Assembly: GCA_003151615.1 (NCBI GenBank)
Contig: PLXZ01000004.1
Location: 239,441 to 303,440 of the forward strand
From: Candidatus Tayloriibacteriota bacterium
Lineage (GTDB): Bacteria > Patescibacteriota > Minisyncoccia > Phycocordibacterales > PALSA-1337
DNA length: 64,000 nt
Direction of reading: 5' to 3'
The notes beneath the pieces were generated by a model. That model did no database searches, was not told where the DNA came from, and saw only the letters and a list, made by a program, of their open reading frames with translations. How positions within the stretch are numbered: position 1 is the first letter of the stretch; each line of letters starts with the position of its first letter. Positions 9,869 through 19,246 of this stretch are shown one piece after another. Position numbers and translations under genes: made by a program.

Positions 9869-9941
9869 GGCGTCGGCGCGACTAGTGAAGAGTACTTCAC
9901 ATAAGTGTGCCCTTAAGTGTCCGTGAATACACTCCCCTTAG

Positions 9942-11327
9942 ATGAAAACTTTCTTTAAAAAAATAGTCACGGCCGCGCTGTTGTGGGAAACCCGTGCAGT
10001 CATTAAAAAGCACAAGCCCGCAATCATTGCCATCACCGGCAGCGTGGGCAAGACTTCCACAAAAGACGCGGCATATCACATTCTGGCTGACGCCGGAGTT
10101 TTTGTGCGGAAGAGCGAAAAAAGCTTCAACAGTGAAATTGGTTTGCCGCTGACCGTCCTTGGCCTGCAGAATGCCTGGGGCAATCCGGTCGGCTGGGTCC
10201 AGAATATATTGCTCGGTCTCGGCCAGGTGTATCCGATTTTGGGAAGCGGTACGCGTGCGCCGTATCCGAAATGCCTTGTTTTGGAAGTGGGCGCCGATCA
10301 TCTGGGAGATATTGAAGGATTGGTCAAATGGCTGAAACCGGACATCGCCGCCATTACTGCCGTTTCGAAAGTTCCCGTACACGTCGAATTTTTTCCTTCT
10401 CCCGAAGCCGTTTTGAAGGAAAAGCTGGCTTTGCCGCGAGGTGTTCGATCCGGCGGCAAACTAGTTTTGCCCGCGAATGATCCTTCGATTTTGGCCGTGC
10501 GCGCCGATGTGCCGGATGCGCCATGCCTTACATTTGGCGTTGATTGTCAGGCGGATGTCATGACTGTTTCGCCGGAAATTGTGTATGGAACTGATGAAAA
10601 AAATATAGCCACATTTAAAAAGCCGGTCGGCATGTCCTTCGTTTTAAAATATGAGGCCAAAGGAATCAAGGTTTCCATAATTGGGGTTGTCGGAACCCAG
10701 CACATTCATTCCATTGCCGCAGCCGCGGCCATTGCATTGTCGTATGGAATCAATTTCGAAGCGGTTGCCGCTTCCATTCCAAAATACCAGGCTCCCCGCG
10801 GACGCATGAATATTCTGGAGGGGATTGTCGGAACCGTCCTTGTTGATGACAGTTATAATTCTTCGCCGGACGCATTGAAGGAAGCCTTGAGCGTTCTTCG
10901 TGAGATACAATCGGCCCGGAAAATTGCGGTTCTCGGCGACATGATGGAACTCGGCAAGTTTTCCGCCGAAGAGCACCGCACGGCGGGGGAGCGCGTGGCT
11001 GAAGCTTTTGGCGTGGGGACCGGCATCACCGCCGACATTCTCGTCACTGTCGGCATCCGCGCGCGTGACATTGCCGAAGGTGCCATGGCCGCGGGTCTAT
11101 CAAAGGACATGATTCACAGTTTCGATACGTCCGTTGAAGCGGGCGAGTGGCTCCGCAATCTTCTCCACAAAGAAAGCATTTTGCAAGGAGATTCGGGCAC
11201 CGTCATTCTGATAAAAGGTTCGCAGTCCTCGCGTATGGAGCGCGTCTCGTACGCTCTTCTGGCGGACCAGTCCCGCGCCGCCGAGTTTCTCGTCCGCCAG
11301 GACGCCGAGTGGCTGGCGAAGAAATAG
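9942..11327 (+). CDS. murF: Mur ligase, probable UDP-MurNAc-tripeptide--D-Ala-D-Ala ligase MurF (short N-terminus)
   Basis: Mur ligase P-loop GSVGKTSTKD, central and C-terminal Mur domains; downstream of ftsI. Confidence 0.6.
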   Translation: MKTFFKKIVTAALLWETRAVIKKHKPAIIAITGSVGKTSTKDAAYHILADAGVFVRKSEKSFNSEIGLPLTVLGLQNAWGNPVGWVQNILLGLGQVYPILGSGTRAPYPKCLVLEVGADHLGDIEGLVKWLKPDIAAITAVSKVPVHVEFFPSPEAVLKEKLALPRGVRSGGKLVLPANDPSILAVRADVPDAPCLTFGVDCQADVMTVSPEIVYGTDEKNIATFKKPVGMSFVLKYEAKGIKVSIIGVVGTQHIHSIAAAAAIALSYGINFEAVAASIPKYQAPRGRMNILEGIVGTVLVDDSYNSSPDALKEALSVLREIQSARKIAVLGDMMELGKFSAEEHRTAGERVAEAFGVGTGITADILVTVGIRARDIAEGAMAAGLSKDMIHSFDTSVEAGEWLRNLLHKESILQGDSGTVILIKGSQSSRMERVSYALLADQSRAAEFLVRQDAEWLAKK

Positions 11328-11395
11328 TTTGCAAAGCGGTTTGCCGACGCCCGATTTTTAAGTTAGATTGAAGTGCGCGGCAAACGAATACACAC

Positions 11396-11470
11396 GGCCC
11401 TATCGTCTATCGGCTAGGACACGGCCTTCTCAAGGCTGGAAGCGGAGTTCGATTCTCCGTAGGGTCACCC
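11396..11470 (+). tRNA. tRNA-Glu (anticodon CUC)
   Basis: hand-folded cloverleaf: acceptor GGCCCTA/TAGGGTC (one G-U), D-arm, anticodon stem CGGCC/GGCTG (one G-U) with loop TTCTCAA, T-arm CGGAG-TTCGATT-CTCCG. Confidence 0.75.
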
Positions 11471-11511
11471 TTGGACACGAGGCAGATTTGCTTTAGTTAC
11501 AAAAATTACAA

Positions 11512-11548
11512 ATAAAAAATTGCCGGCTCCTGAAGAGTCCCGGCAATT
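11512..11548 (-). terminator. rho-independent terminator for gene 11577-12437
   Basis: TTGCCGG...CCGGCAA hairpin followed by T6 on minus strand. Confidence 0.5.
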
Positions 11549-11576
11549 TACTGACACTGTCGTTTTGTCTGAATGT

Positions 11577-12437
11577 TTAGCGTCCATGGCCTCCTCCTCC
11601 TGAACGGCCGCCGCCTCCCGCACTTGCGTGGGCGCCGAAACCTCCGGCACTGGCGCTTGAGCGTGCAGAACTTCCCGAATAACCGCCGCGATTTCCTCCG
11701 CCGCCAAACCATTGCGGCGGATTGCGTGCGATGGGTCCTGGCCGGAAATACGTCGGATATCGCTGCTGTTCGCGAGTGACGTAGCTTTGGTTTCTGTTCC
11801 TCCCGTAATTCGGCGAGGAACGGCCGCCACCGAGGTCCAGGTTGAGGCTTAATTCCCCCGAACTGTTGGGATAATAACCCGGGGAATAGTTATAGTTTTG
11901 CTGGTCGGCGTATGCGAACTGTTGCTGCGGGGGCGCATACACCACCTGCTGTTGCGGGGGCTGAACAAGGTAAACTACCGTAGTCGCATTTTGTTCTGCC
12001 GCCGGCGCGTCATTGCAGGCTCCGTCAGGCACCATTTCGTCCGAATTGTAATCCGTTTCCGGGCAATTAGTGACTGTCGTCGTCGGCGCGGCCGCCGGGG
12101 CTTGTGAGGTCGTGCCTCGCGGAACGTAGATGACCCGGGGTTGCGCTTCCTGGACGATGACCTGAAGAGGCTGTTGATTTTGTTGGCATTGTTGGCCGCT
12201 GTATTCATTCCGGCCAAAACCGAAATCAAGCCAATCGAAGGTGTGCCTGAACATTTCAACCGGATCGGTGGTAAAGTCATGACCTTTCACCGATTCATCT
12301 TCGTGATGAACGCCGTCGGGAGTCTCGTAAGAGTGAGTCGTCGCTTCCCGTTTTTCGTTTGTCACGCAGCCGTTGGTCAAACCAACGATCGCGACCAAAC
12401 CCGCCGCCATAACTGACAGATTAAACATTTTTTTCAT
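11577..12437 (-). CDS. secreted low-complexity (Q/P/G/Y-rich) protein with signal peptide
   Basis: N-terminal signal-like MKKMFNLSVMAAGLVAIVGLTNGC; QQQ/PP repeats and C-terminal Gly-rich tail. Confidence 0.5.
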   Translation of the reverse strand: MKKMFNLSVMAAGLVAIVGLTNGCVTNEKREATTHSYETPDGVHHEDESVKGHDFTTDPVEMFRHTFDWLDFGFGRNEYSGQQCQQNQQPLQVIVQEAQPRVIYVPRGTTSQAPAAAPTTTVTNCPETDYNSDEMVPDGACNDAPAAEQNATTVVYLVQPPQQQVVYAPPQQQFAYADQQNYNYSPGYYPNSSGELSLNLDLGGGRSSPNYGRNRNQSYVTREQQRYPTYFRPGPIARNPPQWFGGGGNRGGYSGSSARSSASAGGFGAHASAGGGGRSGGGGHGR

Positions 12438-12609
12438 AATGTGCTTTCGTTTCCGTAGTTTTTGTTGTATGTATCAGCGCTTGAGTGCGGTTGATACCTG
12501 CTGTGGTCAATTATAGCACACTATATTAGATAATGCAAGTTTTTACTGGCTAAAGTCTCACTTCAGTACGAGTTACATATACTGGCCCACAGCCCTAATT
12601 CTGGATTTT

Positions 12610-13044
12610 TTGGCCATTTTAGGTCATAATAAAGGTATGAAAAGCACTGCAATATGGCGAAATCTGACGAGGGTCTGGACGGTCATATTCTTTGCGGCGA
12701 TTATTTACGATTTCATAACCCAAAATTCCCTCGACAGTTCGAACCTTCTTCTGCCGATTGCCGTCATATATGACGCGGTGCTGGCAATTTACAGCGCGGA
12801 GAAGGAGTTCAAGCGCTGGCATGATTGCCACGAAACCATTCATCCCGGCGAACTGTACGTCATTTTGTGGACGATACTCATTTTCAGCCTGCTGACCCTG
12901 TCGGCAATTTTCCACCAGTCGTACCATGTGCCGGCCGAAGTCAGCTCTTCATACGTCGTGGTCATCGGCATCCTGGCGATTACGAAAGAGTCGAAGCATT
13001 TCTACAGCCGAATGAAATGCGACATTGATGACGACGACGAATAA
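12610..13044 (+). CDS. hypothetical integral membrane protein
   Basis: 4 predicted TM helices; no recognised family. Confidence 0.4.
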   Translation: MAILGHNKGMKSTAIWRNLTRVWTVIFFAAIIYDFITQNSLDSSNLLLPIAVIYDAVLAIYSAEKEFKRWHDCHETIHPGELYVILWTILIFSLLTLSAIFHQSYHVPAEVSSSYVVVIGILAITKESKHFYSRMKCDIDDDDE

Positions 13045-13060
13045 TTTGGGCCAAATTAAA

Positions 13061-15202
13061 ATGAACGAAAAATTTACGAAGCCCTACAATCCCGCCGACA
13101 CCGAAGACCGCATCTACAAAATGTGGCTGGAGAGCGGATATTTCAATCCGGATAATTTGCCGGCGCGCTTTTCCGAACCCTTCACCATTATCATGCCTCC
13201 GCTCAATGCCAACGGCCATATTCATGCGGGACATGCACTCGCGATGACGCTCGAAGACATTATGATCCGTTACAAGCGTATGCAGGGATACAAGGCTTTA
13301 TGGGTTCCCGGAACCGACCATGCCGGTTTTGAAACGCAGGTCGTGTACGAGAAAAAACTTGAAAAGGAGGGCCGTTCGCGCTTCAAAATGGATTCTGCGG
13401 AATTGTACGGGGAAATCATGGCTTTCACTCTGGAAAACAAAAAGCATATCGAAGGGGAGATCCAAAAAATGGGAGCTTCGTGCGACTGGTCGCGCAATAA
13501 GTTCACGCTTGATGAAAAAATCGTGAAGGAAGTCCAGCGCACGTTCAAAAAACTGTTTGACGACGGGTTGGTATACCGCGGTTCGCGCATCGTGAATTGG
13601 TGTTCAAAACACCAGACTTCGCTGTCGGATGTCGAAACTGAAAATAAAGAACAGAAGGATTCTTTTTACTATTTCAAATACGGGCCTTTTGTCATTGGTA
13701 CCGCCCGTCCTGAGACTAAATTCGCGGACAAATATGTGGTCATGCACCCGGACGATAAACGTTATGCTCAATACAAAAACGGGCAAAAAATTGAAATCGA
13801 ATGGATCAATGGTCCGATGACAGCCACAATTATAAAGGATGCGGCAGTCGATATGGAATTCGGTACGGGCGTTATGACGATTACTCCATGGCACAGTGCA
13901 ATTGACTTTGAAATTGCCGAACGCCACGGTTTGGACAAGGAACAGATTATTGATTGGCGCGGGAAGCTGTTGCCGATAGCGGGGGAGTTCGCAGGCATGA
14001 AAATTGCCGAAGCCCGTCCGAAAATTGTCGAGAAATTGAAATCGAAGGGCTTGCTCGAGAAAATCGACGACAAGTACCAGCACAGCGTTCCGTGCTGTTA
14101 CAAATGTGGGACCGTTATCGAGCCGCAGGTGAAGGAACAGTGGTTCGTCAAAATGAAGCCGCTTGCCGAAAAAGCCCTTCAGGCCGTCGCCGAAGAAAAA
14201 GTAAAATTTGTTCCCGATAATTTTCGGAAGATTTTTAATTATTGGATGGAAAATACGATTGATTGGAATATTTCGCGTCAGATTGTCTGGGGGATTCCAG
14301 TTCCGGCGAAACACTGTCTCGCGTGCAATGAATATTTTGTCGATCTCGACGATTCAATATCGAAATGTCCGAAATGCGGCGCAACCGGCGCGGATAAAAT
14401 AGTGAAAGACACCGACACATTCGACACGTGGTTTTCATCGGGACAGTGGCCGTTGCTCGCCCTCGGTTACCCCGACTCGTCCGATTTCAAGACATTCTAT
14501 CCGACCAATGTCATGGAAACCGGCTCGGATTTGATTTTCAAATGGATTCCGCGCATGGTCATTTTCGGGCTTTATCTGGCAAAGAAGGAGCCTTTTAAGG
14601 ACGTGTATCTGCACGGCATGGTCAATGACGCGCAGGGCAAAAAAATGAGCAAGAGCAAAGGCAACGTGGTCAACCCTCTTGATTTGATTGCAAAATACGG
14701 TACCGATGCATTGCGCATGGGATTGATTGTCGGCAACACGCCGGGCAATGAAATGTCCCTGCAGGAGAATAAAATCAAAGGCTATAAAAATTTTACGAAT
14801 AAAGTATGGAATATCGCACGGTTTGTGTTTGAGAATACGCAGGATTTTGAAGTCGATGAAAAGAATGCGATGCCGGTTCATCCGTGGCTCGTTCAATTGA
14901 GCGGGACCATTATTCCGGATATTACTTCCGACATGGATGGCCAGCGGTTCCATCTTGCCGCGGAAAAGGCGTATCATTATGTCTGGCATGAATTTGCGGA
15001 CAAAATTCTCGAAGAGTCAAAACCCATTTTGAAATCCGGTTCTGCCGAGGAACGTCGGGCCGTCCAGCATGCGCTTCTTGAGATTCTGGCGACTTCGTTG
15101 CGGATACTTCACCCGTTTATGCCGTTTGTAACCGAAGAAATTTGGTCGCATATGCCGGGCGAGAAGGGCAGTGTGCTCATTATTGAAAAGTGGCCAAAAT
15201 AA
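13061..15202 (+). CDS. valS: valine--tRNA ligase (short form, class I)
   Basis: HIGH-like NANGHIHAGHA, IRYKRMQG...PGTDHAGFETQ (ValRS signature), KMSKS; start chosen at MNEKF (ORF track begins 13025). Confidence 0.75.
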   Translation: MNEKFTKPYNPADTEDRIYKMWLESGYFNPDNLPARFSEPFTIIMPPLNANGHIHAGHALAMTLEDIMIRYKRMQGYKALWVPGTDHAGFETQVVYEKKLEKEGRSRFKMDSAELYGEIMAFTLENKKHIEGEIQKMGASCDWSRNKFTLDEKIVKEVQRTFKKLFDDGLVYRGSRIVNWCSKHQTSLSDVETENKEQKDSFYYFKYGPFVIGTARPETKFADKYVVMHPDDKRYAQYKNGQKIEIEWINGPMTATIIKDAAVDMEFGTGVMTITPWHSAIDFEIAERHGLDKEQIIDWRGKLLPIAGEFAGMKIAEARPKIVEKLKSKGLLEKIDDKYQHSVPCCYKCGTVIEPQVKEQWFVKMKPLAEKALQAVAEEKVKFVPDNFRKIFNYWMENTIDWNISRQIVWGIPVPAKHCLACNEYFVDLDDSISKCPKCGATGADKIVKDTDTFDTWFSSGQWPLLALGYPDSSDFKTFYPTNVMETGSDLIFKWIPRMVIFGLYLAKKEPFKDVYLHGMVNDAQGKKMSKSKGNVVNPLDLIAKYGTDALRMGLIVGNTPGNEMSLQENKIKGYKNFTNKVWNIARFVFENTQDFEVDEKNAMPVHPWLVQLSGTIIPDITSDMDGQRFHLAAEKAYHYVWHEFADKILEESKPILKSGSAEERRAVQHALLEILATSLRILHPFMPFVTEEIWSHMPGEKGSVLIIEKWPK

Positions 15203-15265
15203 AAACCCGTACTCTGGCATCCAGTTGTAGGGGTTTTGACACGATGTGGTCATGTGACGCGCGGA

Positions 15266-15574
15266 TTAAAATCTGCGGTCGGTGATCCAACGGCGGCGCG
15301 GCGATTCGAGGGGGCTTACCCTCCGTTGTCGCAAATGGCCGAGGCAGGTGTGCTTGATTTCAACTTTTGGTTGCGTAAACAGTTTTTCAGTCCTTTCGGA
15401 ACCAAAGATCCGTTCACACAATTCCGAAGCCGAAATCTCGCCGTCCTCGGAACGCGCGTGGCGTTCCGAAACGACCAGTTTGCCGGTGCCGTTGAATTTG
15501 ACGTGTCCGTGGAAAGCGAGCAGGTTTAATTTTTGCTGTTCGGTTTCACTCGCGGGAATTTTGACAAGTTGCAT
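15266..15574 (-). CDS. hypothetical small protein; C-terminal third Arg-rich and not protein-like
   Basis: ORF only, downstream of yqeY; no family recognised. Confidence 0.25.
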   Translation of the reverse strand: MQLVKIPASETEQQKLNLLAFHGHVKFNGTGKLVVSERHARSEDGEISASELCERIFGSERTEKLFTQPKVEIKHTCLGHLRQRRVSPLESPRRRWITDRRF

Positions 15575-15662
15575 GGTGAACCTTTCTCTTTGGTTGAGGT
15601 TTTGGTTTCTGCGTAAATTTTTGTGAACTGAAAACTACCCCTGTATTGTATCACCCAAAAAC

Positions 15663-16148
15663 CTATTTTGTCAAGAGGCTCTCAATAACCGCCTTTACGT
15701 CAGCCCCGTCGGCTTTACCTTTCAAATCCTTCATGATTTGGCCTATAAATTGGCCGATTTTGGCTTTGTCGAGTGCTGTGCCGGCTGCCGTGTTTGCCGC
15801 GATTTTCACTTCGACAATTTTTTTGATTTCGTCGCAAGACATCATTTTCGGCAGAAATGTTTCGAGGATGGCGAGCTCAGCCGATTCTTTTTCAGCCAGA
15901 TCCGCGCGTCCGCCTTTTTGGAATTGGTCGATCGAGTCTTTTCGTTGTTTGACACTGCGCCGGATGAGTGCAGTTGCTTCTTCATCCGCGAGAGTCGTGA
16001 CTGAAGCGGGGACATCGCCTTTTACCTGTTTCGCAATGAGCTCATTGGTAAATAGGGCAGAGAGTCCGCGTAGGGTTTCGAGCCGCAGAGCGTCCTTTGC
16101 GCGCATGGCGTCCTTGATCTGATTTTTAATTTGTTCGTGTAGTGACAT
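15663..16148 (-). CDS. GatB/YqeY domain protein
   Basis: typical YqeY length and helical repeat sequence. Confidence 0.8.
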   Translation of the reverse strand: MSLHEQIKNQIKDAMRAKDALRLETLRGLSALFTNELIAKQVKGDVPASVTTLADEEATALIRRSVKQRKDSIDQFQKGGRADLAEKESAELAILETFLPKMMSCDEIKKIVEVKIAANTAAGTALDKAKIGQFIGQIMKDLKGKADGADVKAVIESLLTK

Positions 16149-16181
16149 GCTGATATACTAGCATATATAACTTACAATTTC

Positions 16182-17288
16182 ATGCTCGCAATTCTCATTA
16201 TTCTGGTTGTACTTGCGGTCGCTGCCAACATTGTCATGCTGTCGGTTTTTCTGCGCAAAGGGAAGTCGGCTGAAACGCCAAAAGAAGATGCCGGCCTCAA
16301 AATGGTGCTCGACCAGATGAATACAAACATGCACGAGCTTTCGCGGACAGTTGACCGGAAAGTGGGGGATTTGACGAAAACGGTCGATACGAAAATTGAC
16401 CAGTCCTCGCGGAATGTCCAGGAATCGATGCGTTCACAGTTGTCGGAATCGGCGAAGTTGATCCGCGAAGTGACGCAGGGTTTGACGAAGCTCGACGAGA
16501 CGAACCGTCAGGTCGTGTCGTTCGCCGACCAGCTTCAAAATCTACAGGATATTTTGAAAAATCCAAAACATCGCGGTATTTTAGGCGAATACTATTTGGA
16601 GACGCTTTTGAAAAATGTTTTGGCGCCGGGACAATATCAGATGCAGTATGCTTTTAAAAACGGCGAAATCGTCGACGCGGCTGTTTTTGTGAAAGACAAA
16701 ATAATTCCGATCGATTCGAAATTTTCGCTCGAAAATTACAATAAACTGGTCGAGGAAAAGAATCCGGCTGAAAAGGAAAAATTGGAAAAGGCATTTGTCG
16801 GCGATTTGAAACTGCGAATTCAGGAAACAGCAAAATATGTCCGGCCTGCCGAAAATACGATGGAGTTTGCGTTCATGTTCATTCCGCACGAAGCCATTTA
16901 TTACGACCTCCTCGTCAATAAAATCGGCATGGCCGCGGACGAAACCGACAATTTGATCCAGCGCGCCGCGAGTAAATACAAAGTCATCATCGTTTCGCCA
17001 ACCTCATTTTTGGCATATTTGCAGACAGTTCTTCAAGGTCTCAAAGCAATGCAGATTGAAGAAACGGCAAAAGACATCGTCAAGCACGTCAGCCAGCTCG
17101 GCACGCATATGAAAAAATACGAGGAATATCATGTAAAACTGGGCACGTCGCTCGCTACCGTGGTCAATCACTACAATAACTCCGGTAAGGAGCTTAAAAA
17201 GGTGGATAAAGACGTCCTGCGCATCGCCGGCGAGGCTCCGGGTATTGATATCGCCTTGATTGAGAAGCCGGAGGCGGAGGAGGTGTAA
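16182..17288 (+). CDS. rmuC: DNA recombination protein RmuC
   Basis: N-terminal TM, long coiled-coil, RmuC C-terminal region (FMFIPHEAIYYDLL). Confidence 0.75.
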   Translation: MLAILIILVVLAVAANIVMLSVFLRKGKSAETPKEDAGLKMVLDQMNTNMHELSRTVDRKVGDLTKTVDTKIDQSSRNVQESMRSQLSESAKLIREVTQGLTKLDETNRQVVSFADQLQNLQDILKNPKHRGILGEYYLETLLKNVLAPGQYQMQYAFKNGEIVDAAVFVKDKIIPIDSKFSLENYNKLVEEKNPAEKEKLEKAFVGDLKLRIQETAKYVRPAENTMEFAFMFIPHEAIYYDLLVNKIGMAADETDNLIQRAASKYKVIIVSPTSFLAYLQTVLQGLKAMQIEETAKDIVKHVSQLGTHMKKYEEYHVKLGTSLATVVNHYNNSGKELKKVDKDVLRIAGEAPGIDIALIEKPEAEEV

Positions 17289-17306
17289 AAGAAAGTATAA
17301 AAAATC

Positions 17307-18017
17307 TTGGGGGGATACCACCATTTTTTAGCCATAACGCACTCAAGCCGAGTTCAAGATGTATGGTACAATTTGTTCAACATGTATTTAAACTTACTGG
17401 AAGTTTTTTTGATTTCAATAGTTCCGATTTCACTGATCAAGTTTAAAGTAATTCCTTCAAGATTTCGTTTTGTTGTTTTGTCCGGAATTTTCGTACTACT
17501 TTTGATCCTTATATATTTTCAGGGCATAACATTAATGCAACTTGGAATAAGAATTGATGACATATCTTCAACAATAGTGCCTTATTTGTTCGCCACAATT
17601 ATTGCAATTTTCGCATTGATTGCGCTTTCAAAAATTATGAGGCATGGCCATGCAAAAGAATGGTATAAAGACCCCCATTTTCTTTTTTTATTTATTCCAA
17701 TCAGTATCGCCCAACAATTTTTATTTCAAGGATTTATTCTTTTGAAACTTGAAGGGGTATTTCCAACCGTATTTGCCGTAATTATCACCGCGCTTATTTT
17801 TGGCTATATGCACACGATCTATCCAAAACCGATTTTCAGTATGATTTTAGGAATACTGGCGGGTTTGTTCTTTGCGACACTATATGTAATTTACCCAAAT
17901 CTTCTATCGGCGTCGATATCACACGCGATATTAAACTTTACAGCCGTATATCTAGGATTCTTTACTTTTGTTGATTCCGAAGGTGTACCAAAGAAAACAG
18001 AGTTAAGCTTATTCTAA
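17307..18017 (+). CDS. CPBP family intramembrane metalloprotease (CAAX protease/Abi fold), strongly AT-rich gene
   Basis: multi-TM, conserved FGYMHT...ISHAILNF motifs; ~32% GC versus ~50% in neighbours. Confidence 0.55.
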   Translation: MGGYHHFLAITHSSRVQDVWYNLFNMYLNLLEVFLISIVPISLIKFKVIPSRFRFVVLSGIFVLLLILIYFQGITLMQLGIRIDDISSTIVPYLFATIIAIFALIALSKIMRHGHAKEWYKDPHFLFLFIPISIAQQFLFQGFILLKLEGVFPTVFAVIITALIFGYMHTIYPKPIFSMILGILAGLFFATLYVIYPNLLSASISHAILNFTAVYLGFFTFVDSEGVPKKTELSLF

Positions 18018-18138
18018 TTATTTCCCTCCATGCCGGAGTCCCGAACTCATTCATGGTTTGGAGCTAGATAGCGCTGGTTGTGGTTGTTTATTTTGGGCTA
18101 TTAATGAGACCGTTGCGCTTTTTTCAGCCTCGTGTATA

Positions 18139-18510
18139 ATGATTTCCACTATGAAAACAGCCGGAACAGCAGCAAAAACAGTTGCGAAATCAAGCGAATT
18201 CGCGGTAATCCAGACTGGAGGCAAACAGTATCAGGTTTCTGTTGGCCAGGAGATCAAAATCGAAATACTTACCGGCGAACACAAGGAGGGCGATGCAGTC
18301 GTTTTTGACAAGGTCTTGCTCGTTGATAACGGCTCGGACACTACTATCGGCGCACCTTTCATCAAGGGCGCAAAGGTAAACGCGACGATTTCTAAAATCG
18401 GCCGCGCGGCAAAAATCGACGTCATCAAATACAAGCAGAAGTCCCGCTACTTCAAGAAAAACGGCCATCGCCAACCTTTCTATCAGGTGAAGATTGAGTC
18501 TCTAAAATAA
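18139..18510 (+). CDS. rplU: 50S ribosomal protein L21 (N-terminally extended)
   Basis: FAVIQTGGKQYQV...KKNGHRQPFYQVKI; start could be 18139 or 18151 (ORF track 18058). Confidence 0.85.
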   Translation: MISTMKTAGTAAKTVAKSSEFAVIQTGGKQYQVSVGQEIKIEILTGEHKEGDAVVFDKVLLVDNGSDTTIGAPFIKGAKVNATISKIGRAAKIDVIKYKQKSRYFKKNGHRQPFYQVKIESLK

Positions 18511-18528
18511 AGAAAAGTTATTTATGAA

Positions 18529-18552
18529 AAACCTCCAATCGGAGGTTTTTTC
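18529..18552 (+). terminator. rho-independent terminator after rplU
   Basis: CCTCCAATCGGAGG hairpin + T6. Confidence 0.7.
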
Positions 18553-18591
18553 TTGCTTGGCACGTTGAGGCTGTCGATACTCTTTTTCTTT

Positions 18592-18688
18592 CACCATCAT
18601 GCAAATGCGAATGCGAAAATACAGGGTCATATTTAGAGCCATATTTTATACTAAAGAAATGTTAAATTCGCATTTGCATGATGGTGAT
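18592..18688 (+). repeat. Family-1 TIR element copy 2
   Basis: CACCATCATGCAAATGCGAAT...ATTCGCATTTGCATGATGGTG; internal sequence ~90% identical to copy 1. Confidence 0.65.
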
Positions 18689-18747
18689 GTAAAAAGGCGA
18701 GGCTCTGTCCTGAAGTTTTGCAAATCCTCAATAATCATCGATAGGCC

Positions 18748-19227
18748 TCAATTTTTCGGGCCGAACGTCTTTCGCAGATATTTGTACTCATGCCAGGTAA
18801 GCGCTATGACCACAAGATCCAATACCGTAATGAGCAAAAGCCATATCGAATGCGTTGATGTAAAACGGATCAGTTGATAGACAATAAAGAAGCCGAAGAC
18901 AATCAGCGATGTCGGATAGTACCAGAGCTTTTTGCGCAGGAGGCCGGTAATCAACCATAATTTTATTACTCCGTGACTGACCAGATAAAATGCCGCAAAA
19001 TGCTGCGAGTTGACGGAAAGGCCTTGTGCGGCGTGCAGTAAATAATTGGAAATGAAGTCCTTTGGATCTTCGCTCAATTCGTCCTTGGTGAGCGTCGCCA
19101 CGGTGTTGATCAGGAATTCTTGGGTGGCAAAATACGCCAAAAAGCCGACGATTGTTTCAAACAACGCAAGAACGCCTTTGACAATAAGGCTCCACTTGAA
19201 AACAAAGCGAATATTTTTTTCGGACAT
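18748..19227 (-). CDS. DUF2127-like membrane protein
   Basis: ~160 aa, 4 TM, sequence resembles DUF2127/YqaE-type proteins. Confidence 0.45.
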   Translation of the reverse strand: MSEKNIRFVFKWSLIVKGVLALFETIVGFLAYFATQEFLINTVATLTKDELSEDPKDFISNYLLHAAQGLSVNSQHFAAFYLVSHGVIKLWLITGLLRKKLWYYPTSLIVFGFFIVYQLIRFTSTHSIWLLLITVLDLVVIALTWHEYKYLRKTFGPKN

Positions 19228-19246
19228 CTTAATAGAAGTATACGTT

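Noticed and set aside
13604-14989. 236-aa and 184-aa minus-strand ORFs
   Set aside because: They are antisense to valS.
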